Positions 12,989 to 26,419 of a stretch of DNA of 64,000 bases are shown here, one piece after another. The notes under the pieces were generated by a model. It did not search any database. It saw only the letters and a list, made by a program, of their open reading frames with translations, and was not told where the DNA came from. Source of the stretch: Squalus acanthias. Taxonomy: Eukaryota. Made by a program: the position numbers and the translations under genes. The first letter of the stretch is position 1. Every line of letters begins with the position of its first letter. The stretch is taken from positions 62,001 to 126,000 of the forward strand of contig JASTWF010000334.1 of assembly GCA_030390025.1 (NCBI GenBank), in the 5' to 3' direction.

Positions 12989-14219
12989 AGTGCTTTGAAT
13001 GAGAATCAGACACGATTACAGCACCGAAGGAGACCATTCGGCCCATTGTGACTGTGGCATCTCTCAGAAAGAGCCATACATAGAATTTTATTCCTCTGTC
13101 CTTTTCCCCATACAACCGTGTGCTGGCTCCATAAAGGAGCTGTCACCTTGTTTCAGTGGTAAGTTTGCCAAATCTAGTTGGAGTCATGCTTGGAGATTTG
13201 ATCACGTGACATTCTCACCACATGACATTTGACCATGTGATGAATGATCATGTTACATTTTGTCATAAAGCTTCGACCCCTGCAGTTGAGTCATTTTTCT
13301 CGTGGTTTCGTGGCAGCAGCTGTTGTGGGACAAGTTCCATGAACCAGGAGGCCTCCAGTGAGCAGATGAAGAGGGGACACCGAGGGCGGGGACATCAAAG
13401 GCAGGGAAGAAAGCAAGTTGTGGGTGGGGAAGAGGGGAAACCGCGGAACCCCCCATTTCAGAGACACCCACCTCATTCTGGAGCCCAAGTGACACCAGGG
13501 GCATATCAGGATATCACAGGAAGAGCCACCAGGATATATCAGGATATCACATTAAGCGGTGACCCTATTGGTGTCTGATTTACATTTTAGACAATTCTAA
13601 GAAGTGCTCACAAAAACCAGAATGTCCGGTCCAGAAGCTGACAGTTGCTAACCTGAGCTGATAGGAGAGTTCAGAGAGCAGAGCCTGATGTCTAAATCTC
13701 AGTGATTGAATCAACACCCGGCAGCCTGCTCTTGCTCTTGCCTCTGATCACAGCTCTATATAACGTTGCTTTAGCGGGAGGCAGCTGTACAAGTCCCATA
13801 AGTACAATGTTAAGTCCAGAAGGCTGTAAAGTACCTAATCGATTGCTTTGCGGAACACCTCCGTTCAGTCCGCAAGTGTGACCCCAAGCTTTCAGTCGCC
13901 TGTCACTTTAATTCTCTGACCCACTCACTCTGATCTCTCTTGTCATTGGCCTCCTACACTGTTCCAATGAAGCTCAACATAACCTTGAGGAACCTCATCT
14001 TTCGATTAGGCACATTACAGCCTTCCAGACTCAACATTCAGGTCATAACCACTGCCCCCATTTTAGCAGATGGCAGCAGTTGGTAATGATATTGCCATTC
14101 CCATTTACACCTACTCCAGACCCATATTTTGTTTCTTTACTTTTGCCTTGCACCATCATCCCTTTTGTCATTTAATCTCTCTTGCCTTCCACCCAATCAC
14201 AGACCTTCTGTTTTGTTTA

Positions 14220-14662
14220 GAACATAAGAACATAAAAAGTAGGGCATTTGGCCCTTCGAGCCTGCTCCGCCATTCAATAAGACCATGGCTGATCTGATCT
14301 TGGCCTCAACACGACTTTCCCACCGCTCCCCATAACCCCCGACTCCCCTGTAGCTCAAATATTTGTCTATTTCAGAAAAAGGGGGCACCCATTTGAGACG
14401 GAGATGAGGAGGAATTTCTTCTCTCAGAAGGTCGTGAATCTTTGGAATTCTCTTCCCCAGAGAGCTGTGGAGACTGGGTCATTGAATATATTTAAGGTGG
14501 AGATAGACAGATTTTTGAATGGTAAGGGAGTCAAGGGTTATGGGGAGCGGGCAGGGAAATAGAGTTGAGGCCAAGATCAGATCAGCATGATCTTATTGAA
14601 TGGCGGAGCAGGCTCGAGGGGCCAAATGACCTACTCCTGTTCCCACCTCTTATGTTCTTATG
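14220..14662. mobile_element. Two CR1 3' tail fragments in opposite orientations
   Basis: (aacataag)n and (ttatgttc)n tails plus CR1 3' UTR on opposite strands. Confidence 0.8.
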
Positions 14663-14919
14663 TATGAATATTGTAACACTGTCATGGTAAACTTGACTGA
14701 ATCTCCATTTGACTGAATCTAAAAGTGACCAAATGCACCGACAAGCTTTGAGGGCAAGAGACTGCTTGGCTAAAAACATTTGTTAAATAAGTTATGTGTT
14801 GGTACCTGTTCCTTCAAAAGATAAGATCTTGAAAATTCTGCGAGTCAACAACCCAGCAGATGTGAAAAACAACGACTCTCTCCAATCCTTGGATATCTGG
14901 CCTTGGTTAACGAAGTGTC

Positions 14920-14959
<40 letters not shown>

Positions 14960-15204
14960 CAACAATACCCACAGTGTCAAACATGAATGCTGGGGGCCAG
15001 TTGCCAAGTTTTGGGGTATAAGTGTTTTTGGACACTGACATTCGGGGCTATAGTCGATGGTGACCTGGTCAGTTGCCAGTCAAAGTTAGTCACACGTCTA
15101 GTCATCGTTGAACTGACCTCTCATCTGGGGAATAGTATGTATGTGGTTTTGCTTATAATCACCTGAGCTTAAAGTCAATGATTTTAGATGCTTGCTTGTA
15201 ATAA

Positions 15205-17352
15205 TGATGCGGAGATGCCGGTGTTGGACTGGGGTGGACAAAAGTGAGAAGTCGCACAATACCAGGTTATAGTTCAACAGTTTTATTTGAAATCACAAGC
15301 TTTCGGAGCTGCTGCTCCTTCGTCAGGTGAAGTGAAGGAATACGAATCGGCAAAGTATATATAGACAGAGAACAATGCCTGTGCAGCGTACAATGTCAGA
15401 CGACTACAGTTAATCTTTCTGACTGCTTCTCTCTGCCGAGGTGAGAAAGGCAATCAGGTCAGTCAGGAAGACATTATATCAAAGACATAGCAAAATACAA
15501 CTAAGACAATGAGGTGGGGTCACAGGGGGTCTAATGTGTCAAATGCTGCAGTCTGTATGGAAAACCATAAACTTTAAACTTTTTACTTTTTTTACTGGAA
15601 ATCACATCTGTGAACAAGCCAACGACGACTCGAGTCTGGATGACTCTACGTCATGTAGCGTGACATGAACCCAAGATCCCGGTTGAGGCCGTCCTCATGG
15701 GTGCGGAACTTGGCTATCAGTTTCTGCTCGATGATTTTGCGTTGTCGTGTGTCTCGAAGGCCGCCTTGGAGAACGCTTACCCGCAGATCTGAGGCTGAAT
15801 GTCCTTGACTGCTGAAGTGTTCCCCGACTGGGAGGTAACAATCCTGCCTGGCGATTGTTGCGTGGTGTCCGTTCATACATTGTCGCAGTGTCTGCATGGT
15901 CTCGCCGATGTACCATGCTCCGGTGCATCCTTTCCTTCAACGTATGAGGTAGACAACATTGGCCGAGTCACATGAGTATGTACCATGTACCTGGTGGGTA
16001 GTGTCCTCATGTGTGATGATGGTATCTGTGTTGATGATCTGGCATGTCTTGCAGAGGTTGCCATGGCAGGGTTGTGTGGTGTCGTGGTCGCTGTTCTCCT
16101 GAAAGCTGGGTAATTTGCTGCGAACTATGGTACTTTTGAGGTTAGGCGGCTGTTTGAAGGCGAGTAATGGAGGCGTGGGGATGGCCTTAGCGAGGTGTTC
16201 GTCGTCATCGATGACATGTTGAAGGCTGCGAAGAACATGGTGTAGTTTCTCCGCTCCGGGGAAGTACTGGACGACGTAGGGTACCCTGTTGGTTGTGTCC
16301 CGTGTTCGCCTTCTGAGGAGGTCTATGCGATTTTTCGCTGTGGCCCGTCGGAACTGTCGATCGACAAGTCGAGCGTCATATCCCGTTCTTACGAGGGCGT
16401 CTTTCAGTGTCCGTAGGTGTCCATCGCGTTCCTCCTCGTCTGAGCAGATCCTGTGTATTCGCAGGGCTTGTCCATAGGGGATGGCTTCTTTAACGCGGTT
16501 AGGGTGGAAGCTGGAGAAGTGGAGCATCGTGAGGTTGTCCGTGGGCTTGCGGTAGAGTGAAGTGCTGAGGTGTCCGCCTTTGATGGAGATTCGTGTGTCC
16601 AGGAATGAAACCGATTCTGAGGAGTAGTCCATGGTGAGTTTGATGGTGGGATGGAACTTGTTGATGTTATTGTGTAGTCTTTTCAGTGATCCTTCGCCGT
16701 GGGTCCAAAGGAAGAAAATGTCGTCGATGTATCTGGTGTACAGCGTTGGTTGGAGGTCCTGTGCAGCGAAGAAGTCTTGCTCGAACTTGTGCATGAAGAT
16801 GTTGGCGTATTGGGGTGCGAATTTGGTCCCCATGGCTGTTCCGTGTGTTTGGGTAAAAAACTGGTTGTCGAAGGTGAAGACATTGTGGTCAAGGATGAAG
16901 CGGATGAGTTGTAGGATGGCGTCTGGAGATTGGCTGTTGTTGGTGTTGAGTACTGAGGCTGTCGCAGCGATGCCATCATCGTGGGGGATACTGGTGTAGA
17001 GTGCCGATACGTCCATCGTGGCGAGGAGTGTTCCTGGTTCAACTGGTCCATGGGTGCTGAGTTTCTGTAAGAAGTCTGTAGTGTCGCGACAGAAGCTAGG
17101 GGTTCCCTGTATGATGGGTTTCAGGATGCCCTCGACGTATCCAGAGAGGTTCTCACACAGGGTTCCGTTGGTGATACGATAGGACGTCCGGGTGTGTTGG
17201 CTTTGTGTATCTTTGGGAGGCAGTAGAAGTCTCCCACGCGGGGAGTACGTGGGATGAGAGCGCGTAGGATGCTTTGAAGGTCTGGATCGAAGGTCTTGAT
17301 CAGTCTATTGAGTTGGCGGGTGTGTTCTTTGGTCGGATCTGCGGGTAACTGT
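15205..17352 (-). mobile_element. Penelope-like retroelement (RT plus GIY-YIG endonuclease), 5'-truncated, one premature stop
   Basis: DVSALYTSIP, GTAMG and RYIDD RT motifs. The endonuclease SCDSANVVYLIR*...YIGET...LRQCMNGH is interrupted by TGA at 15937-15939. Confidence 0.93.
15293..15330 (-). ncRNA. Minimal type I hammerhead ribozyme motif at the Penelope terminus
   Basis: UCAC-CUGACGA-a-GGAGC agca GCUCC-GAAA-GCUU-GUGA: catalytic core, stem I, stem II and a palindromic stem III. Confidence 0.75.
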
Positions 17353-17514
17353 CTTGTAATAAGTACATGAATTGAGCACAGTTTGTATTCTGGGAATTAC
17401 TTGTAACCTCTTGTTGATTTTTAAGTAAAAGAAGTTTCACAGATTCATTGGGTTTTGTGTTGTCTGTTCCACGGGTCTGAACTCTATAAACTGTCAGACA
17501 ATCAGAACGTCTTA

Positions 17515-18365
17515 CAATATATTCAATGTCTCCGCCTCCACAGCTCTCTGGGGTAGAGAATTCCAAAGATTCACGACACTCAGAGAGGAAATTCCTCCTT
17601 ATCTCCGTTTTAAATGAGCGACCCCTTATTCTGAAACGATGCCCCCTAGTTCTAGATTCCCCCACGAGGGGAAACATCCTCCCTGCATCTACCCTGTCAA
17701 GCCCCCTCAGAATCTTAAATGTTTCAATAAGATCACCTCTCATTCTTCTAAACTCCAATGAGTATAGACTCAACCTGTTCAACCTTCCCTCATAAGACAA
17801 CACCTTCATCTCAGGAATCAACCTAGTGAACCTTCTCTGAACTGCCTCAAAAGTAAGTATATCCCTCCTTAAATAAGGAGACCAAAACTGCACGCAGTAC
17901 TCCAGGTGTGGCCTCACCAGCGCCCTGTACAGTTGTAGCATGACTTCCCTACTTTTATACTCCATCTCCCTTGCGATAAGGGCCAGCATTTAATTTGCCT
18001 TCCTAATTATTTGCTTTACCTGCATGCTAACTTTTTGTGTTTCATGTACGAGGACCCCCGAGATCCCTCCGTACCGCAGTATTTTGTAGACTCTCTTCAT
18101 TTAAATAATAATTTGCTATTTTATTCTTCCTACCAAAGTGGATAACCTCACATTTTCCCAAATTATACTCCATCTGCCAAATGTTTGCCCACTCACTTAA
18201 CCTATCTATATCCCTTTGCAGACTTTTTGTGTCCTCCTCACAACTTGCTTTCCCACCTATCTTTGTATCATCAGCAAATTTGGCTACAATGCACTCAGTC
18301 TGTTCATCCAATTCATGAATACAGATTGTAAATAGTTGAGACCCCAGCACTGATCCCTGTGGCAA
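17515..18365 (-). mobile_element. CR1 LINE RT fragment
   Basis: PQGSVLG, FADD and VRPHLEYCVQFWSP motifs with frameshifts. Confidence 0.9.
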
Positions 18366-19072
18366 CATCTCCTCTTCCTCCCCTCCCCCACTTTCGCTGG
18401 CTCTGTACTTGCTTAAAACCTGTTACAATCCTAGCTGGAGGCCAACATTGGGTGTGAACAAAAACAGAAAATGCTGGAAATACTCAGCAGGTCAGGCAGC
18501 ATCTGTGGAGAGAGAAACAGAGTTAAGGTTTCAGCTCGATGACCTTTCACCAGAAGAGTTCTGACCTGCTGAGTATTTCCAGCATTTTCTGTGTTTATTT
18601 CAGATTTCCAGCATCTGCTGTATTTTGCTTTTTGTGTTGGGTGTGAACAATCTGGCCTGCCTGTGATGTCCTCCTTGGCAGAGCAAGACTGCTGACACTC
18701 AAGGTATAGGCTTGCAGTGGAAGAATGGATGAGGTTGGGCACCAAAGGGCAACTAGCAGCCTTGTAACTATACCACAGTGTGAGTCAACACTTTGAAGGC
18801 AGCAAGAGAGAAAATTGGGGGCGGGGGAATTAGAGAGTGCAGAATATTTAACGGAGTTTACAAACTGTTTCAGTTTTGCTGGTAATAAGTGTCAATCCTA
18901 ATAATTTCCTAATATCGACATATTCCGCTCTTCTTCCTCCACGAAGACAGCGACTCACTGTTTGACCCCAGCAGCTCCTTTCCTCTTTCCAGCTGCCGTC
19001 TATTTCCTTGCCCTTATTTCATTTGATTGACAATCGTGAGCGCGCGAATAACAAAAATAGGACAAAAACAAG

Positions 19073-19833
19073 GGCCCAAAAATTCGGCTGAATACAGGAG
19101 AGTACGAACCGTGCACTCTCGCATATTCAGTCCCGAAGTGCCGGTTTCCTGCATGCACTGCGCATGCGTGGGAAACCGGCACTTTGGGTATGGCGAAGGG
19201 GGCGGTTCCTAAGTGAACCGCGTGCGCAATACAGGCTGTGCGCACGCAGCACACTTAGGTTTTTTTTCAGGTTTCAACGCGAAGGTAGGTATGGAAGATT
19301 TTACACATGAAGAAAGGAGGCGTAAGACCCCCTTTTAACAAGGTAAGTAGTTAATTAAGTATTATTTTAATTTTTTTCCAACAGGTTTATCTTTTTTAGA
19401 GACTTTAAAGAAAGGTAAGTTTATTTTTATAACTTTTAAAAAGAATTTAATTTTTTCAAAAATTTTAATTTTTGTTTAAATGGTTAATTTATTTAACTAT
19501 AGTTATTTTATTAATGTGATGGGTTTTTTTTAATTTATTTGAGGTTTAGCTGTTCTTTTGGGGGCAAGTTGTATTCATAGTTTTGACAGTTCTCCTGTCA
19601 AAGCTATGAATGAAAGATGGTGTGCTGCCATTGGCTCTCCATGCCCCACGTGATCCCAGAGGTCGCATCGAACTAACTGCGCCTCTGGGACACGCACACA
19701 CTGCGCACCGGCACCAGGGAGAGGCCCAGGAGCTGAAGTTCGTGTGGGCCCGAACCATAAAGGCAGGCGCGGAGTGCGATATCGCGGGGGATCCTTACCC
19801 CCGCGGCAAGACTCCGAGTCAAATTTCTGGGCC
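19073..19833. mobile_element. Non-autonomous DNA transposon (MITE); same family as 35614-36369 in the opposite orientation
   Basis: TIRs ggcccaaaaatt...aatttctgggcc, AT-rich centre, internal similarity to the second copy. Confidence 0.75.
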
Positions 19834-19849
19834 ATCAAATCTGAAAGGG

Positions 19850-21040
19850 AACCGACGGAAGCGAGCGCGCAGGCTGATTTCAGTAGTGGCGGGATACGTG
19901 AACTGAATGGGTTCCCGTTGCCGCTGGTGATGTTGGGCAGAGCGAGGATTCAGGGAGCGAGGGGTGAAAGGAGAAGATCAACTGGCCCAATTAGCCCGGG
20001 GGAGGGAACAACAACCCACGCAGCGTGGCCTTAGGTCTAGTGTAGGGGGACAAAATATACAGCGAGACCTGGCGAGAGGAGAGCGGAGGACGGAGAGCTT
20101 GAGGCAGGGGATCTGCGCTCAACCACCGGCGCCTCTCTCCCTTCTCAGTGAGCGGGGGCCGGGGCTCAGCGGCAGCTGCCGCCCTCATCGCACAGATGTT
20201 CGGGAGAGGGGAAACGGATCTCCGAGACTGGGCCGGAGCCACCAGTAGGGGGCGGCGGAACCCCGGGTGAGAACCCCTGCCTAAAGGACATCAGTCAACC
20301 AGTTGGGTTTTTCCAACAGTCCGACAGCTTGATGGCCACTTTTACTGGTTCAAATTCTCAAACTCGCTCTCTCTGGATTATTAGTCCAGTAGCAGAACCA
20401 CTACACCACTGTAAACTACCGGACACAGTCCAATAGTCAATAGCATAGTACTGAGTGTCATTGAATTAGTGAAAAGTAAATTTCAAGCATATATCAGAAA
20501 ATATTTCTTCTCAAAGGGTAAGAAACATTTTTTCGCACATGCGCAAAACGGCGCAACCCCGAGATTTCGGCGTTCCATGGCGAGATCACGAGTGATCATC
20601 ATTTCACTGCGAAATTGTGTTTGGCGAGAGTCGGCAATACTGCTTTCACCCGCCGTTCAACCTGGGGAATCAGATGCTGTCTCCGAGCCCTGTTGCTTGA
20701 TCGGGACGATCCACACACGGTTCCACGCGGCTCTGCCAGCTCTTCCTAATGAGCCAGGCCCGGAGGAAATTGGCCACAGCTCACCAGAGAGAGAAGCCTC
20801 CAGCCGGGGAGCCCAGCAGTGGGACCTGGTTCACTGGAAATCAGTAACCCGGGTAATTCCAGGGTCCGCCCGCAGAGGGCAGCATCTCAGCCCCGGGGCC
20901 AGGAGGCGGAGAGCGCTCTGGATCAAAGCGCTGCAGCTCCGCTCTCAGCATCGCAGAGCCTCCACTCCCGCACCGCTCGGCGCCTCTCCTCCAGCTCCCT
21001 CGCCTCACCTTATACGCCAAGAGAGCGGAGGCTGAAAATG
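19850..21040. promoter_or_regulatory. CpG-rich non-coding segment, possible promoter or CpG island
   Basis: High CpG density. ETS-like CGGAAG, NRF1-like GCACATGCGCA, and CTCF-like CCAGTAGGGGGCGG at 20242-20255. No convincing ORF. Confidence 0.4.
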
Positions 21041-21615
21041 ATCAGGGGCTCAGATTGAGGATTATCAGGGACACAGATTAAGGATTATCAGGGACACAGA
21101 TTGAGGATTATCAGGGACACAGATTGAGGATTATCAGGGACACAGATTGAGAATTATCAGGACAGAGATTGAGGATTATCAGGACACAGATTGAGAATTA
21201 TCAGGACACAGATTGAGAATTATCAGGGCAGAGATTGAGGATTATCAGGGGCACAGATGAAGGATTATCAGGACAGAGATTGAGGATTATCAGGACAGAG
21301 ATTGAGGATTATCAGGAACACAGATTGAGGATTATCAGGGACACAGATTGAGGATTATCAGGGACCCAGATTGAGGATGATCAGGGACCCAGATTGAGGA
21401 TGATCAGGGACCCAGATTGAGGATGATCAGGGACCCAGATTGAGGATGATCAGGGACCCAGATTGAGGATTATCAGGGACCCAGATTGAGGATTATCAGG
21501 GACCCAGATTGAGGATTATCAGGGACCCAGATTGAGGATTATCGGGGACACAAATTGAGGATTATCAGGGACACAGATTGAGGATTATCAGGGACACAGA
21601 TTGAGGAGTTTTAGG
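21040..21615 (+). repeat. 23-bp minisatellite (gattgaggattatcagggacaca)
   Basis: Visible tandem array of about 25 units. Confidence 0.95.
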
Positions 21616-21994
21616 ACAGTTTGCCTGATAACGCTCCTGTGAAGCAGTTGGGACATTTTAAGGTATTAAAGCGCTATATAAATTGTTGTTGCTGTGTGGT
21701 GAGGTCACTCTCTTAACATGCTAATAGTGCACCAAATTCTCGGTTTTTACAAAATGCCCGTATATCCCCCAGACCAGTGAATGCATTTCAACACTTTGCT
21801 GTGCCCCCTGTGCAGTCCTTTGCCCCACGGTGCCGTGGGTTTCCTCTACACTGCACTACTTTGAGGTGTCGTCACCCACACCGGTATTCAGCACTGAAAA
21901 CCGATTGGTCAGCGCCGCACTCCCGGAGGATTCCTGGTGAGTGATAAATATTTGTCCCGACACCAGGAGAACTTTTACATAGAATTTTTTTTTT

Positions 21995-24900
21995 CAATTC
22001 GTTTTTATGGGATGTGGGCATCGCTGGCAAGGCCAGCATTTATTGCCCATCCCTAGTTGCCCTTGAGAAGGTGGTGGTGAGCCGCTTTCTTGAACCGCTG
22101 CAGTCCGTGTGCTGAAGGTACTCCCACAGTGCTGTTAGGGAGGGAGTTCCAGGATTTTGACCCAGCGACGATGAAGGATCGGCGATATACTTCTAAGTCA
22201 GGATGGTGTGTGACTTAGAGGGGAACTTGGAGGTGGTGGTGTTCCCATGCGTCTGCTGCCCTTGTCCTTCTAGGTGGAAGAGGTCGCGGGTTTGGGAGGT
22301 ACTGCCGAAGAAACTTTGGCGAGTTGCTGCAGTGCATCTTGTAGATGGTACACACTGCAGCCACGTTACGCCAGTGGTGGAGGGAGTGAATGGTTAAGGT
22401 GGTGGATGGGGTGCCAATCAAATGGGATGCTTTGTCCTGGATGGTGTCGAGCTTCTGGAGTGTTATTGGAGCTGCACTCATCCAGGCAAGTGGAGAGTAT
22501 TCCATCACATTCCTTACTTGTACCTTGCAGATGGTAGAAAGGCTTTGGGGAGTCAGGAGGTGAGACACTCGCCGCAGAATCCCTAGCCTCTGACCTGCTC
22601 TTGTTGCCACAGTATTTATGTGGCTGGTCCAGTTATGGTTCTGGTCAATGGTGACCCCCAGGATGTTGGTGGTGGGGGATTTAGCGATGATAATGCCATT
22701 GAATGTCAAGGGGCGGTGTTTAGACTCTTGCTTGTTGGAGATAGTCATTGCCTGGCACTTCTGTGGCACGAATGTTACCTGCCACTTATCAGCCCAAGCC
22801 TGAACGTTGTTCAGGTCTTGTTGCATGCGGGCATGGACTGCTTCATTATCTGAGGAGTTGTGAATGGCACTGAACACTGTGCAGTCATCAGCGAACATCC
22901 CCATTTCTGACCTTATGTTGGAGGGAAGGTCATTGATGAAGCAGCTGAAGATGATTGGGCCTAGGACACTGCCCTGAGGAACTCCTGCAGCGATGTCCTG
23001 GGCCAGTGATGATTGACCTTCAATCACCACAACCATCTTCCTTTGTGCTCGGTATGACTCCAGCCAGTGGAGAGTTTTCCCCCCTTTAATCCCGTTGACT
23101 TCAGTTTTACCAGGGCTCTTTCATGCCACACTCGGTCAAATGCTGCCTTGATGTCAAGGGCAGTCACTCACACCTCACCTCTGGAATTCAGCTCCTTTGT
23201 CCATGTTTGGACCAAGGCTGTAATGAGATCGGGAGCCGAGTGGTCTTGGTGGAACCCAAACTGGGAATCAGTGAGCAAGTTATTGGTGAGTAAGTGCCGC
23301 TTGATAGCACTGTCGATGACACCTTCCATCACTTTGCAGATGATTCAGAGTAGACTGATGGGGCGGTAATTGGCCGGATTGGATTTGCCCTGCTTTTTGT
23401 GGACAGGACATACCTGGGCAGTTTTCCACATTGTTGGATAGATGCCAGTGTTGTAGCTGTACTGGAACAGCTTGGCTAGAGGTGCGGCTAGTTCTGGAGC
23501 ACAAGTCTTCAGCACGATAGCATGATGCCAGGGCCCATAGCCTTTGCTGTATCCAGTGCGCTCAGTCGTTTCTTGATATCACGTGGCGTGAATCGAATTG
23601 ACTGAAAACTGGCTTCTGTGATGGTGGGGACCTCAGGATTAGGCCGATATGGATCATCCACTCGGCACTTCTGGCTGAAGATGGTTGCAAACGCTTCAGC
23701 CTTGTCTTTTGCACTCACGTGCTGGGCTCCACCATCACTGAGGATGGGCATATTCATGAAGCCTCCTCCTCCCCCATTAGTTGTTTAATGGTCCACCACC
23801 ATTCACGACTGGATGTGGCAAGGCTGCAGAGCATTGATCTGATCCATTGATTGTGGGATCGCTTAGCCCTGTCTAGAGCATGCTGCTTCTGTTTTTTAGC
23901 ATGCATGTAGTCCTGTGTTGTAGCTTCCCCAGGCTGGCACCTCCTTTTTAGGTACACCTGGTGCTGCTTCTGGCATGCTCTTCTACACTCCTTATTGAAC
24001 CAGGGTTGGTCCCCTGGCTTGATGGTAATGGTAGAGTGAGGGATATGCCGGGCCATGAGGTTACAGACTGTGGTGGAATACTATTCTGCGGCTGCTGCTG
24101 GCCCACAGCGCCTCATGGATGCCCAGTTTTGAGCTGCTAGATCTGTTCTGAATCTATCCCATTTAGCACGGTGGTAGTGCCACACAAGACGATGGAGGGT
24201 GTCCTCAGTGTGAAGACGGGACCGTCTCCACAATGACTGTGCAGTGGTCACTGCTGCCATGAACAGATGCATCTGCGACAGGTACATTGGTGAGGATGAG
24301 GACAAATAAGTTTTCCCCTCTTTCTTGTTAGAAACATAGAAACATAGAAACTAGGAGCAGGAGTAGGCCATTCGGCCCGTCGAGCCTGCTCCACCATTCA
24401 ATACGATCATGGCTGATCATCCAAATCCAGTACCGTGTCCCTGCTTTCTCACACAAAATCCCCATCGAGCCTGCACCGGCACATATCCCACCCTATCCCC
24501 GTAACCCCACGTATTTAATTCCCCCTAACATATCCCTTCCTATCCTATCCCCGTAACCCGACATATTTAATCTCCCCCTAACACTAAGGGTCAATTTATC
24601 ATAGCCAAATCAACCTAACCCGCACATTTTTGGACTGTGGGAGGAAACCGGAGCACCCGGAGGAAACCCACGCAGACACGGGGAGAATGTGCAAACTCCA
24701 CACAGACAGTCACCCGAGGCCAGATTCGAACCCGGGTCCCTGGCGCTGTGAGGCACCAGTGCTAACCACTATGCCACCGTGTTGCCCTTGTTGGTTCTCT
24801 CATGACTTGTCGCAGGCCCAGACTGGCAGCTATGTCCTTCAGTAAGTGGTGCTCCCGAGCCACTCTTGGTGATGGACATTGAAGTACATTCTGCGCCCTT

Positions 24901-25500
24901 GCTACTCTCAGTGCTTCTTCCAAGTGGTGTTCAACATGGAGGAGTACTGATTCATCAGCTGAGGGAGGGCGGTAGGTGGTAATCAGCAGGAGATTTCCTT
25001 GCCCATGCTTGACCTGCAGCCATGAGACTTCATGGGGTCCAGAGTCAATGTTGAGGACTCCAAGGGCCACTCCTTCCTGACTGTACCGCCACCCCTGGAC
25101 GGTGATGGAGGAGTTTGGATCATGGTGGAGAGGTATGATTCTGTCAGGCTGAGGCTTGGTGTCATCGACAGTGCTATCAAGCGGCACTTACTCACCAATA
25201 ACCTGCTCACTGATGCCCAGTTTGGGTTCCGCCAAGACCACTCGGATCCCGACCTCATTACAGCCTTGGTCCAAACATGGACAAAGGAGCTGAATTCCAG
25301 AGGTGAGGTGAGAGTGACTGCCCTTGACATCAAGGCAGCATTTGACTGAGTGTGGCATCAAGGAGCCCTAATAAAACTGAAGTCAATGGGAATCGGGGGA
25401 AAATGCTCCACTGGCTGGAGTCATACCTAGCACAAAGTAAGATGGTTGTGGTGGTTGAAGGTCAATCATCACAGCCCCAGGACATCGCGGCAGGAGTTGA
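21995..25500 (-). mobile_element. Second CR1/L2-superfamily LINE family (APE plus RT), degraded, with an inverted internal piece
   Basis: [24 protein letters not shown] and the endonuclease motif TYRPPS; multiple frameshifts. Confidence 0.88.
24330..24787 (-). mobile_element. V-SINE (HE1-like) with CR1-derived tail
   Basis: tRNA head ggcaacacggtggcatagtggttagcac...ggttcgaatc and the V-domain gtgggtttcctccgggtgctccggtttcctcccaca. Confidence 0.85.
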
Positions 25501-25785
25501 GGATTGAGGATTATCAGTGACACAGATTGATGATTATGAGGGACACAGATTGAGGATTATGAGGGACACAGATTGAGGATCATCAGGGACACAGATTGAG
25601 GATTATTGAGGATTATCAGGGACACAGATGGAGGATTATCAGGGACACAGATTGAGGATTATCAGGGACACAGATTGAGGATTATCAGGGACACAGATTG
25701 AGGATTATCAGGGACACAGATTGAGGATTATCAGGGACACAGATTGAGGATTATCAGGGACACAGATTGAGGATTACCAGGACAT
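25500..25785 (+). repeat. 23-bp minisatellite, third array
   Basis: Same unit as 21040-21615. Confidence 0.95.
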
Positions 25786-25945
25786 TTTGTCTGATAACGC
25801 TGCTGTGAAGCACCTTAGAGATTTTTTTTAAAGGACTACATAAATGTAAGTTGTTGTTGGGTGGTGAGGTCACTCACTCAGCGAGGTAATAGTTGCACCA
25901 ATTTCACGATGTTACAAAAATGTGCAATGCATGAAGTGAAGGTGC

Positions 25946-26037
25946 TGCAGTTCCAGTGTAGGCCTCCTGGTGGCACTGCTGAGATCAGTGTTCCTGTAGC
26001 TCACCACCACCACCTGTAGGCCTCTTGCGGTACTGCA
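25946..26037. promoter_or_regulatory. Second copy of the convergent CTCF-like site pair
   Basis: Plus strand TGCAGTTCC-N8-CCTCCTGGTGGCAC; minus strand TGCAGTACC-N8-CCTACAGGTGGTGG. Confidence 0.55.
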
Positions 26038-26419
26038 GCTGATTTGAATCAGAATCATACCAGTTTATGGCACGGCAGGAGACAATTCGGCCCATTGTGC
26101 CTGTGGCAGCTCACAGAAAGAGCCAGACAGATAATCACATTCCCCTGTTCTTTGCTCCATTCAACCCATGTGGCCTGTGCTGGCAGCGTGAAGGAGCTGT
26201 CACCTTGGTTTAGTGGTAGCACTCTTGTCACTGAGTCAGAACGTCGTGTATTCAAGGCCCACTCCAGAGACTCGAACCCGTAATCCAGCCCGACACTTCA
26301 GTGCAGCACTGAGGGAGTGCTGCATTATGGCAGGTTCTGTCTTTTGGATGAGACATGAAATTAAGGCCCTCTCAGATGGATGTAAAATATCACATCACAC
26401 TATTCAAAGAAAAACAGAA

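Noticed and set aside
20469..21035. 188-aa ORF in the CpG-rich region
   Set aside because: GTG start, low-complexity GC-driven composition and no recognisable domain.
21040..21615. CRISPR-like appearance of the 23-bp arrays
   Set aside because: Head-to-tail repeats with no unique spacers, no cas genes and a eukaryotic context.
24700..24787. tRNA-like A/B boxes as tRNA genes (also near 5420, 26210, 27080, 30968)
   Set aside because: They are SINE/LINE heads continuous with repeat bodies; no full cloverleaf is evident.
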